Notes under the pieces: generated by a model | Seen by the model: only the letters and a program-made list of their open reading frames with translations | Database searches by the model: none | What the model was told of the DNA's origin: nothing | Program-made: the position numbers and the translations under genes | In this document: one piece after another, positions 46,116 to 55,185 of the stretch | How positions within the stretch are numbered: position 1 is the first letter of the stretch | Layout: each line of letters starts with the position of its first letter | Source of the DNA: an uncultured Planctomycetia bacterium | Lineage (GTDB): Bacteria; Omnitrophota; Gorgyraeia; 1-14-0-20-64-10 | Assembly (NCBI GenBank): GCA_964597545.1 | Contig: CAZQXN010000009.1 | Span: 16-64,015, forward strand | Reading direction: 5' to 3' | Length of the DNA: 64,000 nt

Positions 46116-47015
46116 TTAAGATTTTCGCAGAAGGGATTGCAGTGCTTCTGCCAGATTCGGATGGCGGAAGGTAAACCCTGAGCTTTCAAGTTTTCTGGGG
46201 CAAGCACGAGTGCTGGCCAGCAAGGTTTCATCCGCCATCTCCCCGAGCATGAGACGAAGGAGATAGGCGGATGTGGAAAGTACGGCTGGGCGCCGCAGCG
46301 CAGCTCCCAATTGGCGGGTGAATTCTCGGTTGGTCACCGACTGCGGGGCAACGACATTGACGGGCCCTGAAAGCGTTTGGGTTTCCAAGGCGTAGAGGAT
46401 TGCCCTGACCGCATCTTCCAAAGTAATCCAACTGACGTATTGCTGGCCGCTGCCCAGCGGACCTCCCAACCCCAGCCGAAACAAAGGCAGCATTTTGGAC
46501 AAGGCCCCTCCGGTTGGATGCAGGACAAGGCCAAAGCGCAGATGAACCACGCGGCTTCCCATCTGCAGGATCGGCTCGGCCGCTTGTTCCCAGCGCCGCC
46601 CCATCTCAGCCAAGAAGCCATCACCTGAGGCGCTCTCTTCCATCAGCGGTTCGCCGGCGCGGTCGCCGTAGTAGCCGATGGCCGAGGCGCACAAGAATGT
46701 TTTAGGGGGGGAGGCCAATTGCGCAAGGGCCTCAGCCAGCAGGCGCGTTCCTTGGACGCGGCTTGAGCGAATCAAGGATTTGTTTTTTGTTGTCCAGCGC
46801 CCTGAAGCAATCGGTTTTCCTGCCAGGTGGATGACTTGATCGATCCCCTCAAGGGCTGTGAATTCAAGTTGGCGCTTCATGGGATCCCAAAAAACCTGAT
46901 CGGGCGACCGAGAACCCTTTCGGGTAAGGCGCAGGAGTTGGTGACCCTTCTTGCGTAAGACCTGCAGTAGGGCAGAGCCGATAAAGCCGGAGGAGCCGGT
47001 AACCAGGATTTTCAT
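46116..47015 (-). CDS. TIGR01777 (YfcH-like) NAD-dependent epimerase/dehydratase family protein
   Basis: GSSGFIGSAL Rossmann motif and a DUF1731-like C-terminus. Confidence 0.7.
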   Translation of the reverse strand: MKILVTGSSGFIGSALLQVLRKKGHQLLRLTRKGSRSPDQVFWDPMKRQLEFTALEGIDQVIHLAGKPIASGRWTTKNKSLIRSSRVQGTRLLAEALAQLASPPKTFLCASAIGYYGDRAGEPLMEESASGDGFLAEMGRRWEQAAEPILQMGSRVVHLRFGLVLHPTGGALSKMLPLFRLGLGGPLGSGQQYVSWITLEDAVRAILYALETQTLSGPVNVVAPQSVTNREFTRQLGAALRRPAVLSTSAYLLRLMLGEMADETLLASTRACPRKLESSGFTFRHPNLAEALQSLLRKS

Positions 47016-47039
47016 AGGGACGATTGTAGCAGTCGCTGA

Positions 47040-47061
47040 ATGACCATGACAAGATGGTCAT
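47040..47061. promoter_or_regulatory. candidate operator: perfect palindrome ATGACCAT-N6-ATGGTCAT
   Basis: Read directly; it abuts the -35 of the downstream promoter in the divergent spacer between the YfcH-like gene and the alcohol dehydrogenase. Confidence 0.35.
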
Positions 47062-47062
47062 C

Positions 47063-47090
47063 TTGGTCCGGGAGATCTTTTTGGTAGAAT
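47063..47090 (+). promoter_or_regulatory. candidate sigma-70 promoter TTGGTC-N16-TAGAAT for the MDR alcohol dehydrogenase
   Basis: Good -35/-10 spacing, followed by an AAGGAG Shine-Dalgarno 8 nt before the ATG at 47110. Confidence 0.4.
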
Positions 47091-47109
47091 AGACCAAAGG
47101 AGAACACCT

Positions 47110-48147
47110 ATGAAAGCGGTCTTTTTTCGTCAGCACGGCGGCGCTGAAGTGCTTCGATACGGGGAGCAGCCAACCCCCAAGCCGGGTCCGCATGAAGCCC
47201 TGGTGAAGGTAGAGGCCTGCGGACTCAACCACTTGGACCTTTGGATTCGACAGGGGCTTCCCGGTATTCCGGTCAAGCTGCCCCATATCGTAGGTTCCGA
47301 GATCGTTGGAAAGGTTACCAAGATCGGCTCAGAGGCCAAGGGGGTTAAGGGGATCAAGATCGGTCAACGGGTGCTGGTGGCTCCTGGGATCCATTGCGGA
47401 AGCTGCCCCAACTGCCGCAAGGGGCGGGAATCCCTATGTCGGGAGTTTGAAGTCCTCGGCCTTCAGCGTAATGGCGGCTATGCTGAATATGCTTCGGTTC
47501 CGGCCAAGAACTTGATTCCGGTTGATTCAAAGCTCAAGCCTGAGGAGTGGGCTGCAGTCCCGCTGGTCTTCTTGACCGCTTGGCACATGCTGGTTACCCG
47601 AGGCAACCTCAAGGCCGGCGAGACAGTCCTCATTCATGCTGCGGGCTCTGGAATTGGATCGGCTGCGGTTCAGATTGCCAAATTGTCGGGCGCGACTGTT
47701 TTTGCAACGGTGGGTTCTGAGAAGAAGCTCAAGCGAGCCAAGGCCCTGGGAGCCGATTGGGTCATCAATTACAATGCCTGGGATTTTTCAGATGAGGTCC
47801 TGCAGTTGACCGAAGAGCGAGGGGTCGATCTGGTTTTCGAGCATGTGGGGCCTGCCACCTGGCGAAAGAGCGTGCGGTGTTTGGCCAAGGGAGGAAGGCT
47901 GGTCACCTGCGGCGCCACCACCGGTCCCATTGTTGAGTTGGATTTGCGTTTCTTCTTCACCAAGGAGCTCTCGGTGGCGGGCTGCTACATGGGCAGCCGT
48001 CAAGAACTGGATCAGGTGTTGGGGTTGATTTCCGAAGGGAAGTTGAAGCCGGTTTTGGACAACACATTTGCGCTCAAGGATGCAGTGCGGGCTCAGGCCA
48101 CCCTGGAGAGCCGTAACTTCTTTGGCAAGCTTGTGCTGACGGTGTAA
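47110..48147 (+). CDS. zinc-binding alcohol dehydrogenase / quinone oxidoreductase (MDR family)
   Basis: GHE-like catalytic zinc region, structural-zinc CxxCxxCxxxxxxxC ([15 protein letters not shown]), and GxGxxG ([12 protein letters not shown]). Confidence 0.8.
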   Translation: MKAVFFRQHGGAEVLRYGEQPTPKPGPHEALVKVEACGLNHLDLWIRQGLPGIPVKLPHIVGSEIVGKVTKIGSEAKGVKGIKIGQRVLVAPGIHCGSCPNCRKGRESLCREFEVLGLQRNGGYAEYASVPAKNLIPVDSKLKPEEWAAVPLVFLTAWHMLVTRGNLKAGETVLIHAAGSGIGSAAVQIAKLSGATVFATVGSEKKLKRAKALGADWVINYNAWDFSDEVLQLTEERGVDLVFEHVGPATWRKSVRCLAKGGRLVTCGATTGPIVELDLRFFFTKELSVAGCYMGSRQELDQVLGLISEGKLKPVLDNTFALKDAVRAQATLESRNFFGKLVLTV

Positions 48148-49232
48148 TGGATATCCCGCTCACTCCCGAAGCTATCCTGGAGGCCCTCAGGTGCGTCGAA
48201 GACCCCGAGCTTCACCAAGACGTGGTCTCGCTGGGGATGATACAAGATCTTTCGGTGTCCCAAGGCGTTGTGCGCCTCACCCTGGTATTGACCACGCCGG
48301 CTTGTCCCCTTAAAGCCGAGATGGAGCGGCGTGTTCGCTCAGCCGTGGAGGGCCTGGCCGGCGTCTCGAAAGTGGAGCTGACCACGACAGCGCGGGTCCG
48401 CACCTCAATTCCATCGGATCGCAAGGGGCTGCCCGGGGTGCGCAATATCATTGCGGTTGCTTCGGGCAAAGGGGGTGTCGGCAAGACAACGGTCAGCGTG
48501 AATACAGCCGTGGCCCTGGCCAAGAGTGGCGCCAGGGTCGGCTTGATGGATGCCGACATCTATGGGCCGAATGTTCCTCTGATGATGGGCTTAAAGCGTT
48601 TGCCCCCCACCGAGAACCAGAAGATTATTCCGGCAGAGAACTTCGGGGTTGGGGTGGTCTCCATGGGGTTTCTTCTGGAACCCGATGACCCTGTCATATG
48701 GCGCGGCCCCATGCTCCATGGAGCGGTGAATCAATTCCTAAGAGAGGTTCGCTGGGGAGAACTGGATTATCTCCTGGTGGATCTTCCTCCCGGGACCGGT
48801 GATGTGCAGCTGTCCCTTTCGCAGCTGATCCCGCTGACCGGCGCCCTGGTGGTTACCACGCCTCAAGATGTGGCGCTGTTGGATGTGCGCAAGTCGATTG
48901 CCATGTTTGAAAAGGTTTCGGTGCCGGTCTTAGGACTCGTCGAGAACATGTCCGGTTTTGTTTGTCCTCACTGCCAGAAGTCCTCGGATCTTTTTGCGCG
49001 GGGTGGGGGCCGCTGCATGGCCGAAGCCCTGAAGATTCCGTTCCTCGGAGCCATTCCCTTGATTGGCGAGGTGCGCTTAGGCGGTGATGCCGGTTCACCC
49101 GTCGTTGTTGCCCATCCCGATACCTCTGCTGCTCAGGCCTTGGCCTTGGTGGCCCAGCGATTGGCTGCCCAGACGAGTCTTGTGGCCGCCCAGGCTGCCG
49201 CGCCGGTTGCATCGACGAAAAGAACAGAGTGA
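48147..49232 (+). CDS. apbC: Mrp/NBP35 family Fe-S cluster carrier ATPase with N-terminal DUF59
   Basis: Walker [11 protein letters not shown] and a CxxC motif (CPHC). Confidence 0.9.
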   Translation: MDIPLTPEAILEALRCVEDPELHQDVVSLGMIQDLSVSQGVVRLTLVLTTPACPLKAEMERRVRSAVEGLAGVSKVELTTTARVRTSIPSDRKGLPGVRNIIAVASGKGGVGKTTVSVNTAVALAKSGARVGLMDADIYGPNVPLMMGLKRLPPTENQKIIPAENFGVGVVSMGFLLEPDDPVIWRGPMLHGAVNQFLREVRWGELDYLLVDLPPGTGDVQLSLSQLIPLTGALVVTTPQDVALLDVRKSIAMFEKVSVPVLGLVENMSGFVCPHCQKSSDLFARGGGRCMAEALKIPFLGAIPLIGEVRLGGDAGSPVVVAHPDTSAAQALALVAQRLAAQTSLVAAQAAAPVASTKRTE

Positions 49233-49283
49233 CCGTAACCCACCCCCGCCGCCGTTTAAGTTTCTGGCCTCGTCACTTAGATT

Positions 49284-49315
49284 TTCTGCCATCGGCCGTA
49301 AATCCGATGACAGAA
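49284..49315 (+). terminator. candidate intrinsic terminator or regulatory hairpin: TTCTGCCATCGG-N8-CCGATGACAGAA followed by TTT
   Basis: 11 of 12 bp paired in the stem, 50 nt downstream of the apbC stop, followed by ATTTAGG. Confidence 0.35.
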
Positions 49316-49337
49316 TTTAGGCAAGGTGATAAAGTAA

Positions 49338-49445
49338 ATGAGGTTCAGACCTATGGAGCGCAGCGAACATGAGTCTGCGACCGAATTTATTTCGAGCGAA
49401 ACGAGAGATCTGACGCATTACTGGTTTACCCTACAACTTAATTGA
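49338..49445 (+). CDS. possible 35-aa small ORF (MRFRPMERSEHESATEFISSETRDLTHYWFTLQLN) with a Shine-Dalgarno sequence
   Basis: AAGGTGA lies 8 nt upstream of the ATG; the ORF sits in the 225-bp leader of the ferredoxin/reductase operon. No homology is recognised. Confidence 0.2.
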   Translation: MRFRPMERSEHESATEFISSETRDLTHYWFTLQLN

Positions 49446-49463
49446 ATCCTAGGAGGAATGGTC

Positions 49464-49778
49464 ATGGCCTATGTTATTGACGAGCGGTGCCTCGGTGAGC
49501 AGTATGCCCAGTGTGTTGAGGTCTGCCCGGTAGACTGTATTTATGCCGGCGACCACAACGGCGAGCCCTTCATGGTGATTGATCCCGAGGTGTGCATCAC
49601 CTGCGGGGCCTGCGTGCCGGTTTGTCCAGTAGGCGCCATCCTAGAATCCGAGGAGCTCAATGCTGAGTATGCGAAGCTCAATGCGGAACTTTCCCCTCAG
49701 TGGAAGGACAATCCCAAGGTGACTCCGCGCCCCAGCGACGAGCCACCCCGTAAACCCCACCACAAGCTGGTTATCTGA
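49464..49778 (+). CDS. 4Fe-4S ferredoxin
   Basis: CxxCxxxCP-type motifs (CITCGACVPVCP); AGGAGG Shine-Dalgarno 7 nt upstream. Confidence 0.75.
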   Translation: MAYVIDERCLGEQYAQCVEVCPVDCIYAGDHNGEPFMVIDPEVCITCGACVPVCPVGAILESEELNAEYAKLNAELSPQWKDNPKVTPRPSDEPPRKPHHKLVI

Positions 49779-49796
49779 TCTCTTTCGATCTTCCGG

Positions 49797-51389
49797 ATGA
49801 CGGTCGCATCGGAGGAAGTTAAGCAGCGCGCCACAAACCCTTTCCTCATTAGCGAAAAACTCGAAGCGGTATCGCGACAAGGATGTGCTTGCCTTTCTGA
49901 GGAGGATCGCCTGCTCCTGCCATGGGCAGGGCTCTTTCCCTATTCGGATAAGCCTGATTATTGCATGCTGCGCTTGAAGATCCCTGGCGGGGGATTGATG
50001 AGCGGACAGCTCAAACATCTGGCCCAGCTGACGCAAGAGCAGACCCACAAGTTTGTAGACCTGACCACACGGCAGGAGATCCAGTTGATCGGGGTACCGC
50101 TCAAGGCTGCCCATGCCCTTTTAGATTCCTTGGAAACTGTGGGGTTGTCCTCCTGGGGAGCAGGGGGGGATACCGTACGCAATGTCGTAGGATGCCCTGT
50201 GAGCGGATTATCCGCAGAAGAGTCCTGGGATCCCTCCGGCGCATTGCTTGAGGCGCATCAAGCCTTCCTGAGGGATCCTGAGTTTTCCAACCTTCCGCAG
50301 GAGCTTACCATCTCCATTTCGGCTTGCCCACAGCAGTGCCAGCATCCCGAGATCCACTGCGTAAGCCTCGTTGGCATGACGCGCAAAGTGGGCGAAGCTG
50401 TTCAGCCGGGGTTTGATCTTCGTCTTGGGGGGGCGCTGGCCCCCGAACCTTGCTTTGCTCAACGCCTAAACACCTTTGTTCCCTCAGAACAGGTTATCCC
50501 TGTCTTAAAAGCTGTTGCTCTGCTCTATCGGGATGCCGCGGGTTTAAGGGCAGACCGTGCGCGGGCTCGATTGAGTTTTCTCGTGGCCGAGCTGGGGCCC
50601 TCTGGTTTCCGGGCTGCGCTTGAAGAAAAGCTTGGGCACCGCCTCGAGGAGGTCGGCCCCTCCGAGGACCCTCCGGACACCTGCCAGGATCACGTGGGGG
50701 TGCACGAACAAAAACAAAAGGGACTCTTCTGCATTGGAATCCCGGTTTTGGCAGGGCGGTTGAGTGCGGAGCAGATGGCAAAGGTAGCCGACCTTTCCGA
50801 GCGCTACGGCGGCGGCACGCTTCGGATAACCGCTCGGCAGAATCTACTGCTCGGAGGCATTCCTCAAGAGCGCGTTGCTCAGGTCATGGAGGGGTGTGAG
50901 TCGGTGGGTTTGAAGGTGAATGCCTCGGCGCTCCTGCGCGCGGTGGTGACCTGCACCGAAACGCCCCCTGCTCCCCCGGACAGCACTGAGGCCAAAGCGC
51001 GGAGCGAGGAGTTGGTTGAATACCTGCAAACCCAAGTCTTGCTGGATGAACCCTTAAGGATTCATCTTTGCGGCTGCGGCGCTACCTGCGCCGTGATACC
51101 CATCGCGCACATTGGCCTGGCGGCGACGACGGTGGAGGTGGAGGGTCAAGCCATTGATGCCTATGATGTTGCCTTGGGAGGAGGGATGGGCGCTCAGCGC
51201 GCTTTCAGCCGTTGGGTGGTTCGGGGTATTCCTGCCGCCGAGCTTAAACTTCGCCTGGAGCGGTTGCTGGTGGGCTACAAGAAAGGGCGCAAGGCCAAGG
51301 GGAAGGAGACCTTTAACGCTTTCTGTCAACGGGTAGGAGAAGAAGCTCTTGTGCGACTTTTGGAAAAGAAGAAGGAGGAAGAGCAATGA
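49797..51389 (+). CDS. nitrite/sulfite reductase family protein (divergent)
   Basis: Internally duplicated NiR/SiR ferredoxin-like halves; CPQQC (Cx3C) and CGCGATC cysteine clusters. Confidence 0.55.
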   Translation: MTVASEEVKQRATNPFLISEKLEAVSRQGCACLSEEDRLLLPWAGLFPYSDKPDYCMLRLKIPGGGLMSGQLKHLAQLTQEQTHKFVDLTTRQEIQLIGVPLKAAHALLDSLETVGLSSWGAGGDTVRNVVGCPVSGLSAEESWDPSGALLEAHQAFLRDPEFSNLPQELTISISACPQQCQHPEIHCVSLVGMTRKVGEAVQPGFDLRLGGALAPEPCFAQRLNTFVPSEQVIPVLKAVALLYRDAAGLRADRARARLSFLVAELGPSGFRAALEEKLGHRLEEVGPSEDPPDTCQDHVGVHEQKQKGLFCIGIPVLAGRLSAEQMAKVADLSERYGGGTLRITARQNLLLGGIPQERVAQVMEGCESVGLKVNASALLRAVVTCTETPPAPPDSTEAKARSEELVEYLQTQVLLDEPLRIHLCGCGATCAVIPIAHIGLAATTVEVEGQAIDAYDVALGGGMGAQRAFSRWVVRGIPAAELKLRLERLLVGYKKGRKAKGKETFNAFCQRVGEEALVRLLEKKKEEEQ

Positions 51390-51805
51390 AGCTTGCAAGG
51401 ATAGTGATCGCGGGGGTGCTGGTTACACTCTTTGACGCTGTTGTGGGTATGGTGACTTGCGGTTGGATCTTTAATTGGGTTTATCATCTGGAGCCGACAT
51501 CGGTCTGGAAAGCAGGTGCTTTGGATGCGCCTCCGGGGGTGCTCTATTACGCTGGGAGCATCCTGCTCAGCATTGCTCTGGCTTTTGTGTACGCCTTGCT
51601 TCGCCGCGGCATTCCAGGTAAGACCCAGTTGGTCCGCGGGTTGGTGTTTGGGCTCTGCGTCTGGGTGGTCGGCATGCTGCCCGGGATGTTTGCCCTGCAT
51701 TACTTCACGTCGATTGCCGCGACGGTTATCCTCTATTGGACGCTCATTGGCTTAGTCCAGAGCCCGCTTAGAGGTCTCATCATCGCGGCGGTCTACGGAG
51801 AGTAA
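51386..51805 (+). CDS. hypothetical small membrane protein, translationally coupled to the reductase gene
   Basis: 139 aa, four predicted TM segments, ATGA start/stop overlap with the upstream gene. Confidence 0.4.
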   Translation: MKLARIVIAGVLVTLFDAVVGMVTCGWIFNWVYHLEPTSVWKAGALDAPPGVLYYAGSILLSIALAFVYALLRRGIPGKTQLVRGLVFGLCVWVVGMLPGMFALHYFTSIAATVILYWTLIGLVQSPLRGLIIAAVYGE

Positions 51806-51872
51806 ATACCCTTCGGATATATGCGCCTGGGCTGATTCTCTGTTGTAAAATAAACGGAGCGTACCCCAGGAA

Positions 51873-52592
51873 CTATCGCTTCAGATTCCAGTTGGAAGAG
51901 GCATAGCGGCTCTTCGCCGTTTCTCTGATCTGGGATTGAGGAAGGGCCGTCAGTTTTCCTTTAGCGTCCCACACGCTTCGCAGTGCCGCCTTGATGGTTT
52001 GGGCCGTAAGGGGAAGGGGCGCGAGAAAGGCAGCATGGCTCCTCTTGTTTCGGTAAGACGGCTGTTTGGCAGGTAGGGGCAAGAGCTGTTTCATGAGCTT
52101 CACGTCGGCCTGAATAAGAAAGGTTCCATGAAAGAGCAGGGCTCGGCGCTTGCGCCGCTGTGCATTGCCTGAGAATTTCATGGTACCGAGCGTTAAATCG
52201 GTATCCCCCTGAATCCTGATCGGTTGCCCCAGGAGAGGTTCCAGCGCTTGGCGGTTGCGGTTCAAGACAAAGCGATTGGTTCCACCGATGGTGGTCAGTG
52301 CGCCGGAATCAGGAATCTTCAATATCAGGCTGAAGTTCAGGCAGCCGGGTCCCTGGAGCACTGCGCCGCCTCCGCTGATGCGTCTGAGGACCGGGATCTT
52401 GAGGCGCTTGGCCGCGGCCAAGTTCACCTCTGCTTGTGCGCGATTGGACAAGCCTAAGACCACAAAGGGGCGTGGTGTCTCCCAGAAGCGAAGCACCTCA
52501 TGCGGGAAACCGGCTTCGACGAGGTCCAAGAGGATCTGGTCGCAAGCGAGATTGAGTTCCGGCGTTGGTAATGTGAGTTCCAGCGTCTTCAT
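51873..52592 (-). CDS. lipoate-protein ligase / octanoyltransferase family protein (BPL_LplA_LipB domain)
   Basis: RRISGGGAVLQGPGCLNFSL resembles the LplA/LipB catalytic loop (RRxSGGGAV). It diverges from aceE across a 27-bp gap. The ORF-track extension to 53057 was discarded. Confidence 0.55.
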   Translation of the reverse strand: MKTLELTLPTPELNLACDQILLDLVEAGFPHEVLRFWETPRPFVVLGLSNRAQAEVNLAAAKRLKIPVLRRISGGGAVLQGPGCLNFSLILKIPDSGALTTIGGTNRFVLNRNRQALEPLLGQPIRIQGDTDLTLGTMKFSGNAQRRKRRALLFHGTFLIQADVKLMKQLLPLPAKQPSYRNKRSHAAFLAPLPLTAQTIKAALRSVWDAKGKLTALPQSQIRETAKSRYASSNWNLKR

Positions 52593-52619
52593 TTGATTGA
52601 AAACCATTATAGCTTGACC

Positions 52620-55184
52620 ATGACAGCTCCACCATCTTCCAGCAGGGCTCCCGATCGCCCCCAGGCACCTTGGGCGGTGGGGTCCCCTTATGTCAATACG
52701 ATCTCGCCCCAGGCTGAGCCTGCTTTTCCCGGGGATCGGAAGATTGAGCGGCGCATCAAGAGCTTGATCCGTTGGAATGCGATGTCTATGGTGGTCAAGG
52801 CCAACCGAATTCACGACGGCATCGGAGGCCACATCTCCACCTTTGCTTCCTCTGCCACCCTTTATGAGGTTGGTTTTAACCACTTCTTCCGAGGGCCCCA
52901 CGGGGAGGGGCCGGGGGACCTGATCTATTTCCAAGGGCATGCGGCTCCGGGCAATTATGCACGGGCTTTCCTGGAGCGGCGTCTGGACATTAAGCATCTG
53001 CATCACTTCCGCCAAGAATTGGCGCACGGGGGAGGGGGGCTTTCCTCCTATCCCCACCCGTATCTGATGCCCTTCTTCTGGCAGTTTCCGTCGGTTTCCA
53101 TGGGGCTGGCGCCGGTCATGTCCATTTACCAGGCCCGTTTTAGCCGTTACCTTCAGGCCCGAGGATTTCTTAAAGGTCCAGAGCCTAAGGTTTGGGCCTT
53201 TGTGGGTGATGGCGAATGCGACGAACCAGAGTCCTTAGGAGCTTTGACGCTGGCCTCGCGAGAGGGACTGGACAACCTGATCTGGGTCGTCAACTGTAAT
53301 CTCCAGCGGCTGGATGGGCCGGTACGCGGCAACGGGAAGATCATCCAGGAGCTTGAGGCCGCTTTCCAGGGGGCCGGGTGGAATGTGATTAAGGTCATCT
53401 GGGGCTCGAATTGGGATCCCCTTTTGGCCGCCGATCAGAAGGGACTGCTCTTAAAGCGCATGGAAGAGGCGGTGGATGGGGATTACCAGAAATACTCGGT
53501 TGAGCCCGGAAGTTACGCCAGGAAACATTTCTTTGCGAAATATCCAGAGCTTCTGCGCATGGTCAATCACTTGACCGACGTCGAGATCCAGAAGCTGGTG
53601 CGGGGCGGGCATGATCCCGAGAAGGTGTATGCTGCCTATCATGCAGCGGTTCGCCACCAAGGGGCTCCCACGGTGATTTTGGCCAAAACCGTCAAGGGGT
53701 ATGGATTGGGGGAAGCCGGCGAGGGGCGTAACATCACGCACCAGCAGAAGAAGCTCAATGAGAAGGAGCTTCGGGAATTCCGAAGCCGCTTTGACATCCC
53801 GATCAACGATGAGGAGGTAGTGGATGCCCCTTTTTATCGGCCTCCCTTAGAGAGCGAAGAGACCCGGTATTTGTTGGAGCGCCGCAAGGCACTGGGTGGT
53901 TTTGTGCCGGAGCGCAAGGTCCATCCGGTGGCCCTTAAGGTGCCTGGAGCTGACCTCTATCAGGAGTTTTTAGCTGGATCCGGGCGGACATCAGTTTCCA
54001 CCACCATCTCTTTTGTTCGGCTGTTAAGCAAGCTGCTTCGGGATAAGGAGGTGGGTCGTCAGATTGTTCCGATCATTCCGGATGAAGCCCGAACCTTTGG
54101 CATGGATACCCTCTTCCGACAGGTTGGTATCTATGCGAACCGGGGCCAGCTGTATGAGCCGGTGGACCGGGAGACCCTCCTTTTTTACCAGGAGGCGAAA
54201 GACGGTCAGCTGCTGGAAGAGGGGATTACCGAGGCCGGTGCCACCTCTTCGTTTATTGCAGCAGGGACTGCTTATTCCAACTTTCATGTGCCCATGATCC
54301 CCTTTTACATTTACTACGCCATGTTTGGTTTTCAGCGGGTTGGGGATCTGCTTTGGGCGGCTGCGGATTCCCGAACCAAGGGATTCTTGCTGGGGGCGAC
54401 GGCAGGCCGCACCACCCTTCAAGGGGAGGGGCTGCAGCACCAGGATGGACACAGCCATCTGCTGGCCACGACAATCCCGACGCTCCTCACCTATGATCCG
54501 GCCTTTGCCTATGAGGTGTCGGTGATCATTCGAGAGGGGATGCGGCGGATGTATGTGGAGGGGGAGGAGATTTTCTATTACTTGACCCTCTACAATGAGA
54601 ATTATCCGATGCCGACAATGCCAAAGGGGGTCGAGGAAGGAATCCTTAAGGGGCTCTACAAGTACCGATCGGGGGCGAAGGCCAAACGGCACAAGGTGCA
54701 CCTGCTGGGCTCCGGTCCGATCCTAAATCAAGTGCTTGAGGCGCAGAAGCTCTTGGCAGAGCGCTACGATGTCTCTGCCGATGTCTGGTCAGCTACCAGC
54801 TATAAAACATTGCGCACCGAAGCCATGGAGGCGCAGCGGTGGAACATGCTGCATCCCACCGAGCAGCCCAAATGCTCCTACTTGGAGTCGGTTTTAAAGG
54901 GCGAAGAAGGTGTTTTTGTGGCGGCCTCAGACTATGTGAAGGCAGTTTGTGAGCAGATTGCCCCTTGGGTGCCGGGGGGATTGACAGTGTTGGGGACAGA
55001 TGGGTTCGGGCGAAGCGACACTCGAAAGGCCTTACGGCGCTTCTTTGAAGTGGATACTGAGATGATTATGGTGGCCACGCTTTACGCGCTTGCACAAAAA
55101 GGAAAGGTGGGGATGCCCTTGGTCGCACAGGCCATCGACGATCTTGGCGTTGATCCTGAGAAGCTCCATCCCCAATTTGCATAA
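52620..55184 (+). CDS. aceE: pyruvate dehydrogenase E1 component (homodimeric type)
   Basis: Colinear with E. coli AceE (RRIKSLIRWNAM, DLIYFQGH, GDGECDEPES, etc.). Confidence 0.9.
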   Translation: MTAPPSSSRAPDRPQAPWAVGSPYVNTISPQAEPAFPGDRKIERRIKSLIRWNAMSMVVKANRIHDGIGGHISTFASSATLYEVGFNHFFRGPHGEGPGDLIYFQGHAAPGNYARAFLERRLDIKHLHHFRQELAHGGGGLSSYPHPYLMPFFWQFPSVSMGLAPVMSIYQARFSRYLQARGFLKGPEPKVWAFVGDGECDEPESLGALTLASREGLDNLIWVVNCNLQRLDGPVRGNGKIIQELEAAFQGAGWNVIKVIWGSNWDPLLAADQKGLLLKRMEEAVDGDYQKYSVEPGSYARKHFFAKYPELLRMVNHLTDVEIQKLVRGGHDPEKVYAAYHAAVRHQGAPTVILAKTVKGYGLGEAGEGRNITHQQKKLNEKELREFRSRFDIPINDEEVVDAPFYRPPLESEETRYLLERRKALGGFVPERKVHPVALKVPGADLYQEFLAGSGRTSVSTTISFVRLLSKLLRDKEVGRQIVPIIPDEARTFGMDTLFRQVGIYANRGQLYEPVDRETLLFYQEAKDGQLLEEGITEAGATSSFIAAGTAYSNFHVPMIPFYIYYAMFGFQRVGDLLWAAADSRTKGFLLGATAGRTTLQGEGLQHQDGHSHLLATTIPTLLTYDPAFAYEVSVIIREGMRRMYVEGEEIFYYLTLYNENYPMPTMPKGVEEGILKGLYKYRSGAKAKRHKVHLLGSGPILNQVLEAQKLLAERYDVSADVWSATSYKTLRTEAMEAQRWNMLHPTEQPKCSYLESVLKGEEGVFVAASDYVKAVCEQIAPWVPGGLTVLGTDGFGRSDTRKALRRFFEVDTEMIMVATLYALAQKGKVGMPLVAQAIDDLGVDPEKLHPQFA

Positions 55185-55185
55185 G

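Noticed and set aside
52593-53057. Upstream 155-codon extension of the lipoate-ligase-like ORF on the minus strand (ORF track 51873..53057)
   Set aside because: It runs antisense through the 5' end of aceE and has no BPL/LplA homology. Homology begins at MKTLELTLP (start 52592).
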